From: an uncultured Chloroflexia bacterium
GTDB lineage: Bacteria > Chloroflexota > Limnocylindria > QHBO01
Reading direction: 5' to 3'
Length of the DNA: 64,000 nucleotides
NCBI GenBank assembly: GCA_963787025.1
Contig: CAWBBG010000009.1
Span: 7,765-71,764 of the forward strand
Part shown: piece after piece, positions 18,401 to 28,216 of the stretch
How positions within the stretch are numbered: the first letter of the stretch is position 1
Layout: the number at the start of each line of letters is the position of its first letter
Program-made: the position numbers and the translations under genes
Notes under the pieces: generated by a model
Told to the model about the DNA's origin: nothing
What the model saw: only the letters and a program-made list of their open reading frames with translations
The model's database searches: none

Positions 18401-20155
18401 ATGAGCGATCCGAAGCGATGGGCCGAGCACGAGGATGCCTGGAAGCGGGAGCGCCTGGACCCCGCCCTCCAGCGCGGCGGCGAACGGCGACCCCGGTTCA
18501 TCACGCAGTCCGGCGTGGAGATCGGGAGGGTCTATACCCCGCGCGACCTGCACGATCCGGTGAACGACCCCGATGCCGGGCGTCCCCGCTACCGATTCAG
18601 CCCGGCGCCGGCGGACGGTGGCGACCCGGCTGGGTGGGACGAGATCGACGACCTGGGTCTGCCCGGCGAACCGCCCTACACCCGCGGGATCCATCCCACC
18701 GGGTACCGCGGCCGGCTGTGGACGATGCGCATGTTCGCCGGATTCGGCACCGCCGAGGACACGAACCGGCGCTTCAAGCGGCTCATCGAGGCGGGAGGCA
18801 CCGGGCTCTCGATCGCGTACGACATGCCCACCCTGTACGGGTACGACCACGATGACCCGATGGCCGCGGGCGAGTTCGGCACCTGCGGCGTGGCGGTCTC
18901 CAGCCTGGCCGACATGGAGATCCTGCTCGACGGGCTCCCGGTGGGCGAGATCAGCACATCGATGACCATCAACTCCCCCGCCGCCATGATCTGGGCCATG
19001 TACGTCGTCGCCGCGGAGAAGATGGGGGTGCCGCGCGCGCAGCTGACCGGGACCCTGCAGAACGACATCCTCAAGGAGTTCATCGCCCAGAAGGAGTACA
19101 TCTTCCCGCCCGCTCCCTCGCTGCGCCTGGTCACCGACACGGTCGAGTGGGGCACGCGCGAGATGCCGCGCTGGAACACGATCAGCATCAGTGGCTACCA
19201 CATTCGGGAGGCTGGATCGACGGCGGTCCAGGAGCTCGCGTTCACCATCGCGGACGGCATCGCCTACGCGGAGGACGCCATGGCCCGCGGGATGCGCTTC
19301 GACGACTTCGCGCCGCGCCTTTCCTTCTTCTTCAACAGCCACAACGACTTCTTCGAGGAGATCGCCAAGTTCCGCGCCGCGCGACGCATCTGGTACAAGC
19401 TGTGCCGCGAGCGCTTCGGGGCGGAGAACGAGCGCTCGACCTGGATGCGCTTCCACACCCAGACCGCGGGCGTCTCGCTCACTGCCCAGCAGCCCCTGAA
19501 CAACCTGACCCGCGTCGCGATCCAGGCCCTGGCCGGGGTCCTGGGCGGCACGCAGAGCCTGCACACCGATGCCTACGACGAGGCATGGGCCGTGCCGAGC
19601 GAGGATGCGGCGCTGCTCGCCCTGCGCCAGCAGCAGATCCTCGCCGAGGAGTCGGGCGTGGCGAACACGGTCGACCCGCTGGCCGGTTCGTACTTCGTCG
19701 AGAGCCTCACCAATCGCACGGAGCAGGCGGCCTGGCGCTACATCGCGCGCATCGACGAGTTGGGTGGGATGGTCAAGGCGCTCGAGGCGGGCTTCCCGCA
19801 GGCGGAGATCGCTGATGCGGCCTACGAGCAGGCCCGCGAGCTCGAGGTCCACGACCGCGAGCTGGTGGGCGTGACCCGCTATGCCAATCCGGACGAAGAG
19901 CTGCGCATCCCGCTCCTGGAGATCACCGGTGAGCAGGAGCGGCGTCATCTGGAGCGACTGGCGCGGACCCGTGCCGAACGTGATGGGGCCGCGCACGCCG
20001 CCGCGATGCGACGGCTCGAGGACGAGGCACGCCACGGCGATGTCAACCTGATGCCGGCGATCCTCGAGGCCGTGCGCGCCTACGCCACCGTGGGGGAGAT
20101 GTGCGGCGTGCTGCGGCGCGTCTACGGCGAGTACCGGGAGCCGCTCGCCGTCTGA
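18401..20155 (+). CDS. B12-dependent acyl-CoA mutase, large (substrate-binding) subunit; methylmalonyl/isobutyryl-CoA mutase family
   Basis: [73 protein letters not shown]; no C-terminal DxHxxG domain. Confidence 0.93.
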   Translation: MSDPKRWAEHEDAWKRERLDPALQRGGERRPRFITQSGVEIGRVYTPRDLHDPVNDPDAGRPRYRFSPAPADGGDPAGWDEIDDLGLPGEPPYTRGIHPTGYRGRLWTMRMFAGFGTAEDTNRRFKRLIEAGGTGLSIAYDMPTLYGYDHDDPMAAGEFGTCGVAVSSLADMEILLDGLPVGEISTSMTINSPAAMIWAMYVVAAEKMGVPRAQLTGTLQNDILKEFIAQKEYIFPPAPSLRLVTDTVEWGTREMPRWNTISISGYHIREAGSTAVQELAFTIADGIAYAEDAMARGMRFDDFAPRLSFFFNSHNDFFEEIAKFRAARRIWYKLCRERFGAENERSTWMRFHTQTAGVSLTAQQPLNNLTRVAIQALAGVLGGTQSLHTDAYDEAWAVPSEDAALLALRQQQILAEESGVANTVDPLAGSYFVESLTNRTEQAAWRYIARIDELGGMVKALEAGFPQAEIADAAYEQARELEVHDRELVGVTRYANPDEELRIPLLEITGEQERRHLERLARTRAERDGAAHAAAMRRLEDEARHGDVNLMPAILEAVRAYATVGEMCGVLRRVYGEYREPLAV

Positions 20156-20194
20156 TCAGTCGCAGCCGCGGGGCGGCGTAGGGGGTGAACCGGG

Positions 20195-21925
20195 GTGGAC
20201 CATCCGGGGGTGCAAGGGCGATCGTCGTGGCGCCGCCGTGGCTGGATCCCTGCCGCCGTGCTTCTGAGCATTGTCGGCGCCCTCATCCTGGCGGGGACGC
20301 TGCAGCTCGGTCTGAATGGAGACGTCGCCTACGTGCTGGGCGGCATCGAGGTCCGTGGCGGCGGGCTCGGGGCAGCAGTCGGTACCTTCGTCCACCGGCC
20401 GCTCCTCTACCGGCTGATCCTGGGAGCACTCGACGCGGTTGCCGGCGTGGCGGGTCTGCGCCCTGTCAACCAGGTGCCCTACGAGGCGACGATCCGCCTG
20501 CTCGCCGATACCGGGATAGCCTTGGCCTGCTGGTTGCTGTTCCGGGCTCTCGCGCCAAGACTGGGAACCACGGGGGCTGCGGCCTCATCGATCGCCACCG
20601 GGGTCGCACTGGTCGCTGCGCCAGCATGGGACTTCCTGCAGCCTGAGTGGGTCGCATCGGCGTTCGTGGCCGTGGCCGTCGCGGCCGCCCTGCTGCCGCG
20701 AAACGAGCTCATGGCTGGGGCCTTGTCCGGCGCCTGCATCGTGGCCGCGGTTGCGACGAAGGTGGCCACAGCCCCGTATGCGCCGATCGCCCTCATCCTG
20801 ATCCTGCTCCTGGACCGACGTCGCGCGCTCCTCGCAACGATTGGGGCGGTCATATGGGGAGCCGGCTGGGTGGTCATGACGCTGGTGGTTCCCCACGAGC
20901 GGCAGTGGGTGATGGACATGGTCCACCTCAACCCCAGCTCACCGCTGCATGACGGCCTCGGCGCAATTGACGTGCGACTGACGGTCAAGGCGCTTGGCTC
21001 GAAGGCGGCACTGAGTCCAGCGCTCCTGCTCCTCCCTGCGAGCGCCGTTGCGCTCGCGGCTACCGTCCGGCCATGGCGGACTCGGGCCGCCGTCCTCGCG
21101 GCGCTCTTGATCTGTGTCGGACTTGGGGTCGCCACCATGGTCGCTCAGGGTGCGTACTACCTGTACCACCTCTCCGTGCTCCCGATCCTTGCAGCCGGCG
21201 CGGGCGGGCTCGCCCTGGCCCGCCTGCTTCAGCGAGCGCCGACCGCCGCGATCACCGGTGCCGTGGCGCTGGCCGCGGCGGGGGCAGCCTCCGCTGCGGT
21301 CCTCGCGCAGAGCCCTGCCTGGCGAACCGGCCACCTCGTCCTCGTCCTTGGGCTGATGGTCGGCTCTACGCTGGTCGTTGCGGCCATGATCGCCGTCCTG
21401 GCCGTGCGACCGTCCTCCGGGCGGAGCCCTGACCCCTGGCGAGGCGGGACACTCGCCGCCGTCCTGGTCGGATCGTTGGTCGCGCTGGCTCCGGTCCTGC
21501 TTCCCGCGGACGCCTGGGCGCTCAGCCCACGGCAGACCGCGGCAACGAACCAGAGCTGGACCCAGAGTTCGCAGGCCGCCGGTGACACGCTTGCGTCGCT
21601 GAGCGACCGCATTGGACGGCAGACTCCGGTCCTCTACCTTGCGTACGGCACCGTGCCGTATCACATGGGGAACCCAACCGATTGCCGCTACCCGTCTCCC
21701 CTCTGGCTCTACACGGCGCACCGTGCTTTCGTGCGCGACTTCGCCAGTTATCAGGACAACGTCGCCTGCCTGACGTCGGCCATGGATCAGTGGGCGATCC
21801 TGGAACCTGGCTGGCTGGATCCGGCGACGCTACCCGCGGATGTCAGGGCCATGATCGATGTGCGGTACGACTGCGGGTCGGCCATCGCTGCGGGTGACGT
21901 GATCGCCTGCCCTCGTCGCCGGTGA
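20195..21925 (+). CDS. Polytopic membrane protein, possibly GT-C-like, with C-terminal extracytoplasmic domain
   Basis: 576 aa with about 12 hydrophobic segments; HRPLLY and DFLQPEW loops; Cys-containing soluble C-terminal domain; start codon uncertain. Confidence 0.65.
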   Translation: MDHPGVQGRSSWRRRGWIPAAVLLSIVGALILAGTLQLGLNGDVAYVLGGIEVRGGGLGAAVGTFVHRPLLYRLILGALDAVAGVAGLRPVNQVPYEATIRLLADTGIALACWLLFRALAPRLGTTGAAASSIATGVALVAAPAWDFLQPEWVASAFVAVAVAAALLPRNELMAGALSGACIVAAVATKVATAPYAPIALILILLLDRRRALLATIGAVIWGAGWVVMTLVVPHERQWVMDMVHLNPSSPLHDGLGAIDVRLTVKALGSKAALSPALLLLPASAVALAATVRPWRTRAAVLAALLICVGLGVATMVAQGAYYLYHLSVLPILAAGAGGLALARLLQRAPTAAITGAVALAAAGAASAAVLAQSPAWRTGHLVLVLGLMVGSTLVVAAMIAVLAVRPSSGRSPDPWRGGTLAAVLVGSLVALAPVLLPADAWALSPRQTAATNQSWTQSSQAAGDTLASLSDRIGRQTPVLYLAYGTVPYHMGNPTDCRYPSPLWLYTAHRAFVRDFASYQDNVACLTSAMDQWAILEPGWLDPATLPADVRAMIDVRYDCGSAIAAGDVIACPRRR

Positions 21926-22088
21926 CCGTCCCTCGCGCCCGGCGCTGGGACCAGCGGATGGCCGCCGCAGGGCCGAAGGTACTCCCCGCAAACTGAAACC
22001 TTCCGGACTCCCCGCACCTCTTCAGTGATGTGAGCTGTCAGTCCCTGGCCGCGCGTCTCCGCGGTCGAACCCTCCCGGCGGTCCGAGC

Positions 22089-22808
22089 ATGAAGCTGAGC
22101 GGACGCGCCTTCTCCATCCTCTTCGCCGTCGCCGGCCTGGCGATCCTGGTCGTCACCGACCAGGTTGTGCCACCGGCCACCCCCTACCAGGCCCAGATGC
22201 GCGTCTGGCTGGCGGCCCGCGCGACCGGCATCACCGTTCTCGTCCTTCTGGCGATCATGGTCGTCCTGGGCCTGGCGTTGAGCCACCCCGACCAGGCGCA
22301 GTGGAAGCAGGCGAAACGGATCTACCCGTGGCACGAGACGCTGTGGGTCTTCGTCATCGCTTTCCTGGTGGTCCACGTCGCGGCCATCCTCCTGGATCCG
22401 TACGCCAACGTGGACTTCGTGGGAGCGCTCCTGCCCGGTCTGTCGAAGTACCGGACCGTCCCGGTGGCCCTGGGGTCGCTTGGCCTGTACGCCACCCTCA
22501 TCACCGGCGCCACCGCCCGCTGGACCCGGCTCCTGCCGTCCGGCCTGTGGCTCAAGCTGCACCGATTCGCCGCGGTCGCGCTCGGGCTGGGCTGGATCCA
22601 TGGTGCCCTGTCCGGGACCGATACCGGTGCCCTTCGCCTCGTCTACTGGGGGATCGCCGTCGTCGTCGTCGCGGCCGCCGTCTATCGGTACTGGATCGTT
22701 CGGCGGCGCGCCGAGCGCCGTGCCCAATCGCCGCAGCACCCGGGCCGGATGCCGCTCCCGGTGCCGGTGCCCGCTCGTGACCTCATGGAGGAATCCGATG
22801 TCCGTTAA
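22089..22808 (+). CDS. Ferric reductase-like (MsrQ/cytochrome b-type) transmembrane protein
   Basis: RATGIT...LL, and four His in TM context (YPWHE, VVHVA, KLHRF, WIHGA) consistent with di-heme b; GTD motif. Confidence 0.85.
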   Translation: MKLSGRAFSILFAVAGLAILVVTDQVVPPATPYQAQMRVWLAARATGITVLVLLAIMVVLGLALSHPDQAQWKQAKRIYPWHETLWVFVIAFLVVHVAAILLDPYANVDFVGALLPGLSKYRTVPVALGSLGLYATLITGATARWTRLLPSGLWLKLHRFAAVALGLGWIHGALSGTDTGALRLVYWGIAVVVVAAAVYRYWIVRRRAERRAQSPQHPGRMPLPVPVPARDLMEESDVR

Positions 22809-23253
22809 CACGCCGCGACGGGGCCTGGTGGCGATCGTCGCCGTCCTGAGCCTCCTGGGCGCCGTGGCCGTCGTGCGCGGCGCAAGCGCGTGGACCAGCT
22901 CGAACGCCGCGCTGGCTGCCAAGCCCATGGATGCACAGACACTCGCGTCGCAGCTCCGCGACGAGCAGACACGCAGTGCCACCCTGCGGACGCAGTTGGA
23001 CCAGGTCAGCACGCAGGCGGCACAGCTCACCGATGCGCTCAAGGCCGCGCAGGACAAGGCCGGTGCCGATTCCGACGCCGCTGCGCAGCTGGCCGCGCAG
23101 CTCAAGGCGGCCCAGGCCAAGCTCGCGGCACTCCAGACCCAGACGGTGGCGGCACCCCCCACGACCGTCACCCGGGTCGTGACCCAGACGGCCGCACCGA
23201 CCGCGACCGCCACGCCATACACAGACGGTGAAGGCGGCGGAGGCGACGACTGA
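22798..23253 (+). CDS. Exported coiled-coil protein with Thr/Pro-rich, acidic C-terminus
   Basis: GGAGG RBS; MSVNTPRRGL plus a hydrophobic signal ending ASA; Ala/Gln heptads; ends TPYTDGEGGGGDD. Confidence 0.8.
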   Translation: MSVNTPRRGLVAIVAVLSLLGAVAVVRGASAWTSSNAALAAKPMDAQTLASQLRDEQTRSATLRTQLDQVSTQAAQLTDALKAAQDKAGADSDAAAQLAAQLKAAQAKLAALQTQTVAAPPTTVTRVVTQTAAPTATATPYTDGEGGGGDD

Positions 23254-23687
23254 TGGCCGCCCAGAAGAAGGCACCGCTCCACGTCCCCATCGCCCTGGGT
23301 GTCACGGCCGGGCTCTACGCGGTGTCGCTGGCAGGGATCACGGCCCTGCAGCATCAGACCGATGCCGTCGCCACTGCGGCGCAGCAGCCGCTCGCCGATG
23401 CGATAGCGGGACTCGGTCGTGACCGAACGTCGCTGGAAGCCGACCTGCGGGCGACGGTCGACTCGCTGAACGCCGCGGCAGGCGCCTACGGGACGGCGGC
23501 GGAGCACACCGCGGCGCTCGAGGCATCGGTCGCGGCGCTCGCGACCCGGGTGCAGGCGGCCACCGGTGCGGCGGCGCGCATCCCGGCCCAGAGCGCCTCA
23601 CGGCTGCCGTCGGCGCCACGCACGGTCACCGTCGTGGTGACCGTCCCGGCCACGCAGGCGACGACGGGCGCGTCGGGCAAGCCCTAG
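23253..23687 (+). CDS. Membrane-anchored coiled-coil protein ending in a TGAS flavinylation motif
   Basis: TGATG overlap with the upstream gene; N-terminal TM; coiled coil; C-terminus PATQATTGASGKP. Confidence 0.8.
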   Translation: MAAQKKAPLHVPIALGVTAGLYAVSLAGITALQHQTDAVATAAQQPLADAIAGLGRDRTSLEADLRATVDSLNAAAGAYGTAAEHTAALEASVAALATRVQAATGAAARIPAQSASRLPSAPRTVTVVVTVPATQATTGASGKP

Positions 23688-23722
23688 GACACACGAGCGT
23701 CGCACATGCGCCAAGGGAGCCC

Positions 23723-24707
23723 ATGACAGGACGATTCGCCGTAGAGCAGTACTCGACCCGGGCCATGGGCTCGGCACTGCGTGCGACCGTGGTTGGCGTG
23801 TCGCGGCGCCGGGCGAACCGAGCATGGGAGCGGCTCGTCGCCGACGTCGAGCGCACGGAGGCCGCCCTCTCGCGCTTCCGCGCCGAGAGCGAACTGAGCC
23901 GGCTGAACGCATCGGCGGGCGAGGGCAGCTGGCAGGTCAGCGACGGTCGCCTGTATGCCATGGCCGCCACCGCGGCACGAGCCCATCGACGCACCGCGGG
24001 CCATTTCGACGCCCGCGTGCTGCGAAGCCTCGAGGCCCTCGGCGAGCAGGCCGGCGTGGCCATTCCCTCCCTGGAACGCCGAGCAGAGGACCACACTCCG
24101 CCGCCGGACCGGGCTCTCGACTGCGGGATCGAGCGACGTCCCCGCGAGCAGGCGCTGCGCATCGCGGAGCCCATCGACTCCGGCGGTCTCGGCAAGGGTC
24201 TTGCCCTGCGTTGGGCCGCACGCGCGACGCGCGAGCCTGCTTCGCGGTGATGCCGGCCTCCTGGTCGAGGCCGGCGGCGACATCATCGTGTCCGGTCCGC
24301 CGCCGGACGGTGACGCATGGCGCGTGGGCATCGAGGACCCGGCCGGCAGCGATCAACCGATGGCCGTCGTCGCGCTGGCGTCTGGAGCGATCGTCACCTC
24401 GTCGACGGCCGTGCGCCGCTGGATGGGTCCGGATGGCAGCGAGGTGCATCACCTCATCGACCCGCGGACGGGCCAGCCGGGCGGAGACGGCCTGCGCGCG
24501 GTGACCGTGGCCCTCGCCGACCCGGCCTGGGCGGAGATCTGGTCCAAGGCGCTGTTCCTGGAGGGCCCGTCCCGCATCGGACCCGAAGCGAGATCGCTGG
24601 GGGTCGCCGCCTGGTGGGTCCGCGACGACGGGACCCTGGAGATGACGCCGGCCGCTCGGGCGGCCACGATCTGGGAGCGGCCAACCGCACAGCGTCGCAG
24701 CGCCTGA
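23723..24707 (+). CDS. apbE: FAD:protein FMN transferase, frameshifted near 24230
   Basis: AMGS, LSRFR.ESELSRLN, T.G.FDA, IDSGGLGKGLA; in the second frame VEAGGDI, W.VGIEDP, VTSS...RRW, HHLIDPRTG.P. Confidence 0.9.
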
Positions 24708-24851
24708 CGCCGAAGCGAGGGACCGGCGCGGCGCCGCGACGGTGGACCGTCCCGGCTTCGCAGGGCACGCGCCCGCGCCGGTCCCCTGCGGGCGAACCAT
24801 CGCTCAGCGCGCCTTACCGCGCGCTTATCGGGCCGCGTACCATGCGGGAGG

Positions 24852-25730
24852 ATGAAGCTCCATCTCGTCGACGCCACGTTCGAGCTGTTCCGCGCCTACT
24901 ACTCGCACCCCGCCGAGCGAGGCCCCGACGGCCGGCCGGTGAACGCGGTGCGTGGCCTGATCGACTCGATGCTTTCCCTGCTCCGCGAGCCGGACGTCAC
25001 CCACCTCGGCGCGGCCACGGACCACGTGATCGAGTCGTGGCGCAACGACGTCTACCCGCCATACAAGAGCAGCGCCGGTGTCCCGCAGGACCTGCTGGAC
25101 CAGTTCACCGATGCCGAACGGGCGCTTGACTCCCTGGGAATCGTCACCTGGCCGATGGTCGCGGACGAGGCCGATGACGCCATTGCCAGCGCCGTGGCCC
25201 GCTTCGCCGACGACCCGCGCCTGGAGCAGATCGTGATCTGCTCCGTGGACAAGGACCTGGCCCAGTGCGTCCGGGGGTCCCGCATCGTGCTGCGCGATCG
25301 GATGCGCCGAATCACCTACGACGAGGCGGGCGTGGTGGCCAAGTGGGGCGTGCCACCCGAGTCGATCCCGGACTACCTGGCGCTTGTTGGCGACAGCTCC
25401 GATGGCTATCCCGGGCTCCCCGGCTGGGGTGCGCGAAGCACCGCCACGGTGCTGAGCCGCTTCGTGCATCTCGACGCGGTTCCCGAATCTCCCCTGGACT
25501 GGGAGATCCCCCTGCGCGGTGCGAGCCGACTGGCCGCGACGCTGCGCGACCAGAAGGCGGAGGCGCTCCTCTTCCGCAGACTCGCGACGCTCAACCCCGA
25601 CGCCGCGGTCGACGAGAGCCTGGACGACCTCGCCTGGGCTGGCGTGCGTCGCGAGCCGTTCCTTGCGCTGTGCGAGGAGCTGGGGTTCGACCGCGTTCGC
25701 GAACGGATTCCCCGCTGGGCGAACGGCTGA
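24852..25730 (+). CDS. Stand-alone 5'-3' exonuclease / flap endonuclease (Pol I N-terminal domain-like)
   Basis: LVDAT.ELFRA, NAVRG, EADDAIAS, SVDKDLAQ, DYLALVGDSSDGYPGLPGWG..S (H3TH). Confidence 0.92.
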   Translation: MKLHLVDATFELFRAYYSHPAERGPDGRPVNAVRGLIDSMLSLLREPDVTHLGAATDHVIESWRNDVYPPYKSSAGVPQDLLDQFTDAERALDSLGIVTWPMVADEADDAIASAVARFADDPRLEQIVICSVDKDLAQCVRGSRIVLRDRMRRITYDEAGVVAKWGVPPESIPDYLALVGDSSDGYPGLPGWGARSTATVLSRFVHLDAVPESPLDWEIPLRGASRLAATLRDQKAEALLFRRLATLNPDAAVDESLDDLAWAGVRREPFLALCEELGFDRVRERIPRWANG

Positions 25731-25789
25731 TCGGCCTAGGACCATTGGTGCCTTCTGGTGCGGTCGAGTGACCTGTACGGTCGCTGCAC

Positions 25790-27156
25790 ATGGCTCGACG
25801 CATCCTCGCGAGCGCCCTGCTCGCCGTGATCACGATCGTGAGTGGGCTGCTACCCGGCACGCTGCCGAAGGTGGCGGCCGCCTCGTGCACGGACTGGACC
25901 AGCGAATCCGACGCCACCGCCCACGATCAACGTCTACCGCCATGCGACCGGAGCGGTGGACACCGTCGACTTCCAGACGTACGCGAAGAACGTGCTCTCG
26001 CGCGAGTGGATCGGCTCCTGGACCACGGAATCTCTGCGAGCGGGGGCGCTGGCCGTGCGCAACTACGCCTGGTACCAGGTCCTCCACTGGCGCGGAGGCG
26101 TCAGCGCCGACGGGCAGTGCTTCGACCTGCGTGACGACACCTGGGACCAGGTCTACGATCCGACCAGGCCGACGTACAGCACGGCGGCGTCGGCGGTCGA
26201 TGACACCTGGTCCTGGCGCGTCTACAAGAGCGGACACATCTTCGCGACCTACTACAACGCCGGCACAGCGGCGAAGCCTGCGGGGCGAACGCCAACGGCT
26301 GGAAGGCATACCAGTGGGGCACCCAGGCCTGCGGCCTGGCGGGGATGCGCGCGCCCCAAATCATCCCACCTACTACTACCCGGATGTGGCGGTGACCGGC
26401 GCCCCGGCGACGCCTCCCACGCCGACACCGACGAGCACCCCCAGCCCGACCGCCTCCGCCACGGCCATCGCCACGCCGACACTCAGCTCGACCCCGACGG
26501 CGACTCCCACCGTGGCGGCAACGCCGACCGCCTCCGCCACGGCCACGGCCATCGCCACGCCGACACTCAGCTCGACCCCGACGGCGACTCCCGTGGCGGC
26601 AACGCCGACCGCCTCCGCCACGGCCACGGCCACCGCCACGCCGACACTCAGCCCGACCCCGAGCCCGGTCCCGACGGCGACGCCGCGCCGAACACCCTCA
26701 CCCACGCCGACGCCGACCCCGCTGGCCACGCCACCCGCCGACCAGCAGCTTCCGGGTGGCGGCCAGGCGACGATCGTGAACGCCAGCGCACCGCCGACGC
26801 CGCCGCCCGCTGACCCGACACCGGTCGTCGCAACGAAGATCGCCGCCGATTCCCCGGCAACGCCGGCCCACACGACCGTTGGAGGCTCGGGCCCGCTGGA
26901 ATGGGCCGATCCATGGGGGGCGCCGATCGCCACGGCAGGCGCCCTCGTCAGCGGCCGCCTGGCGGCGTCCAGCGCGGAGGTCGCGGCGCTGGAGCAGACC
27001 CTCGCCCGGATCGCGGGCGAGCCGCGCGTCTTCGTCGACCCGCGGCTGGTGACCTTCCGAACGCTCTTCGCGCCGACCGCGGAACGCCTGTTGCGCGCCC
27101 TCGCCTCGGAGCTGGAACCGGCGGATCTGCTGGCGGCCCTGCTCCTGCGCTCCTGA
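25790..27156 (+). CDS. Secreted SpoIID/LytB-domain protein with Pro/Thr-rich linker; frameshifts near 25915, 26275, 26365
   Basis: Signal peptide; YAKNVLSREW..SW..ESLRAGALAVRNYAWY...D..WDQVY (SpoIID core) in the 25842 frame; PT-rich region in the 25519 frame. Confidence 0.75.
26446..26660 (+). repeat. About 2.7 copies of a 78-81-bp coding tandem repeat (PTASAT(AT)AIATPTLSSTPTATP(T)VAAT)
   Basis: Units start at 26446, 26524 and 26605 with CCGACCGCCTCCGCCACGGCCA. Confidence 0.9.
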
Positions 27157-27163
27157 GCCGCCC

Positions 27164-28114
27164 TCAGCCGGCCAGGAGCCGCCCGACAATCAGCTCGCTG
27201 GCCGCGACGTCCTGGATGGCGAGGCCGACGCTCTTGAAGATCGTGACCGCCGCCGGATCCCGGCCTGCGGCCCAGTCGCGCTCCAGCGTGCCGATCTCCA
27301 CGTAGCCGTCATCGGAAAGATGGCCGGCGCGCAGGGCCGCCACCAGGTCGCCCGCCTCGGCGAGAGCGGCCTCGCGGGCATCGACCGCTACCAGCGCCGC
27401 CCGTCCGAAGAGCGCGGGTGGGATCTCGACCATGTCCAGCCGGAAGGCGCCCACGCCGTTGACGTGCGTTCCCGGGTCGATCCATGCTGCGTCGAAGATC
27501 GGCTCGGTCGCGGTGGTGGCACAGCAGATCACGTGTGCACCGCGCACGGCGGCCTCGGCCGAGACGCTGGCGATGACCTGCACCGCGGACCCGAGCTCGG
27601 CGGCCATCCGCGCGGCGAAGGACTCGCGCGCCGCCGCCGTCCGCGCGTACACCCGGAGCTCGCGGATCTCTCGTGCGGCACAGACCGCGCGGACCTGCCA
27701 GGCTGCCTGTCCGCCACAGCCGAGGAGAGCAAGGATCGAGGCATCCATCCGCGCCAGCAGCCGGGTCCCGACGCCGGAGGCGGCGCCCGTGCGCATGGCG
27801 GTCACCTCCGCACCGTCGAGAATGGCCAGCGGCTCTCCCGTGAAGGCGTCGAACCAGGCGATGACGGCCTGGACGGTGGGCAGGCCGCGGCCGGCATTCG
27901 CCGCCACCACCGTCACCAGCTTCACGCTGCTGCCCGCGCCACCATCGCGGATGCCCGGCATGAGCAGCAGGTCGCCGTTCGGAAGCGGCACACGGCTTCG
28001 CACCGGCGAGCGGTCGCGCCCGGCCGCGACGTCGCGGTAGGCCGCCTCTACAGCGTCGAGCAGCGCCGGGGCGGGGGTCACCGCACGGATGGCGTCCGCG
28101 TCGAAGGTGCGCAT
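27164..28114 (-). CDS. Ornithine cyclodeaminase / mu-crystallin family protein
   Basis: LLLMPG, VKLVTV...N..RGLPT, TAMRTGAASG, GCGGQA, PGTHVNGVGA, IFKSVGLAIQDVA. Confidence 0.92.
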   Translation of the reverse strand: MRTFDADAIRAVTPAPALLDAVEAAYRDVAAGRDRSPVRSRVPLPNGDLLLMPGIRDGGAGSSVKLVTVVAANAGRGLPTVQAVIAWFDAFTGEPLAILDGAEVTAMRTGAASGVGTRLLARMDASILALLGCGGQAAWQVRAVCAAREIRELRVYARTAAARESFAARMAAELGSAVQVIASVSAEAAVRGAHVICCATTATEPIFDAAWIDPGTHVNGVGAFRLDMVEIPPALFGRAALVAVDAREAALAEAGDLVAALRAGHLSDDGYVEIGTLERDWAAGRDPAAVTIFKSVGLAIQDVAASELIVGRLLAG

Positions 28115-28216
28115 CCACGGAGTCTAGCCCGCCCCCGCCGGAGCCCGACGGGCGGTGAGCGCCGGCGACGACCGACGGTCGCCAGGGAGCGGGGCATCGG
28201 GTAGCATGCCGCGACC

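Noticed and set aside
18272-20035. Long antisense or off-frame ORFs (also 7789..9219, 22038..23507, 42647..45136, 49822..51333 and many others)
   Set aside because: They overlap motif-bearing genes and are Arg/Pro/Gly/Ala-rich shadows expected from stop-codon scarcity at high GC
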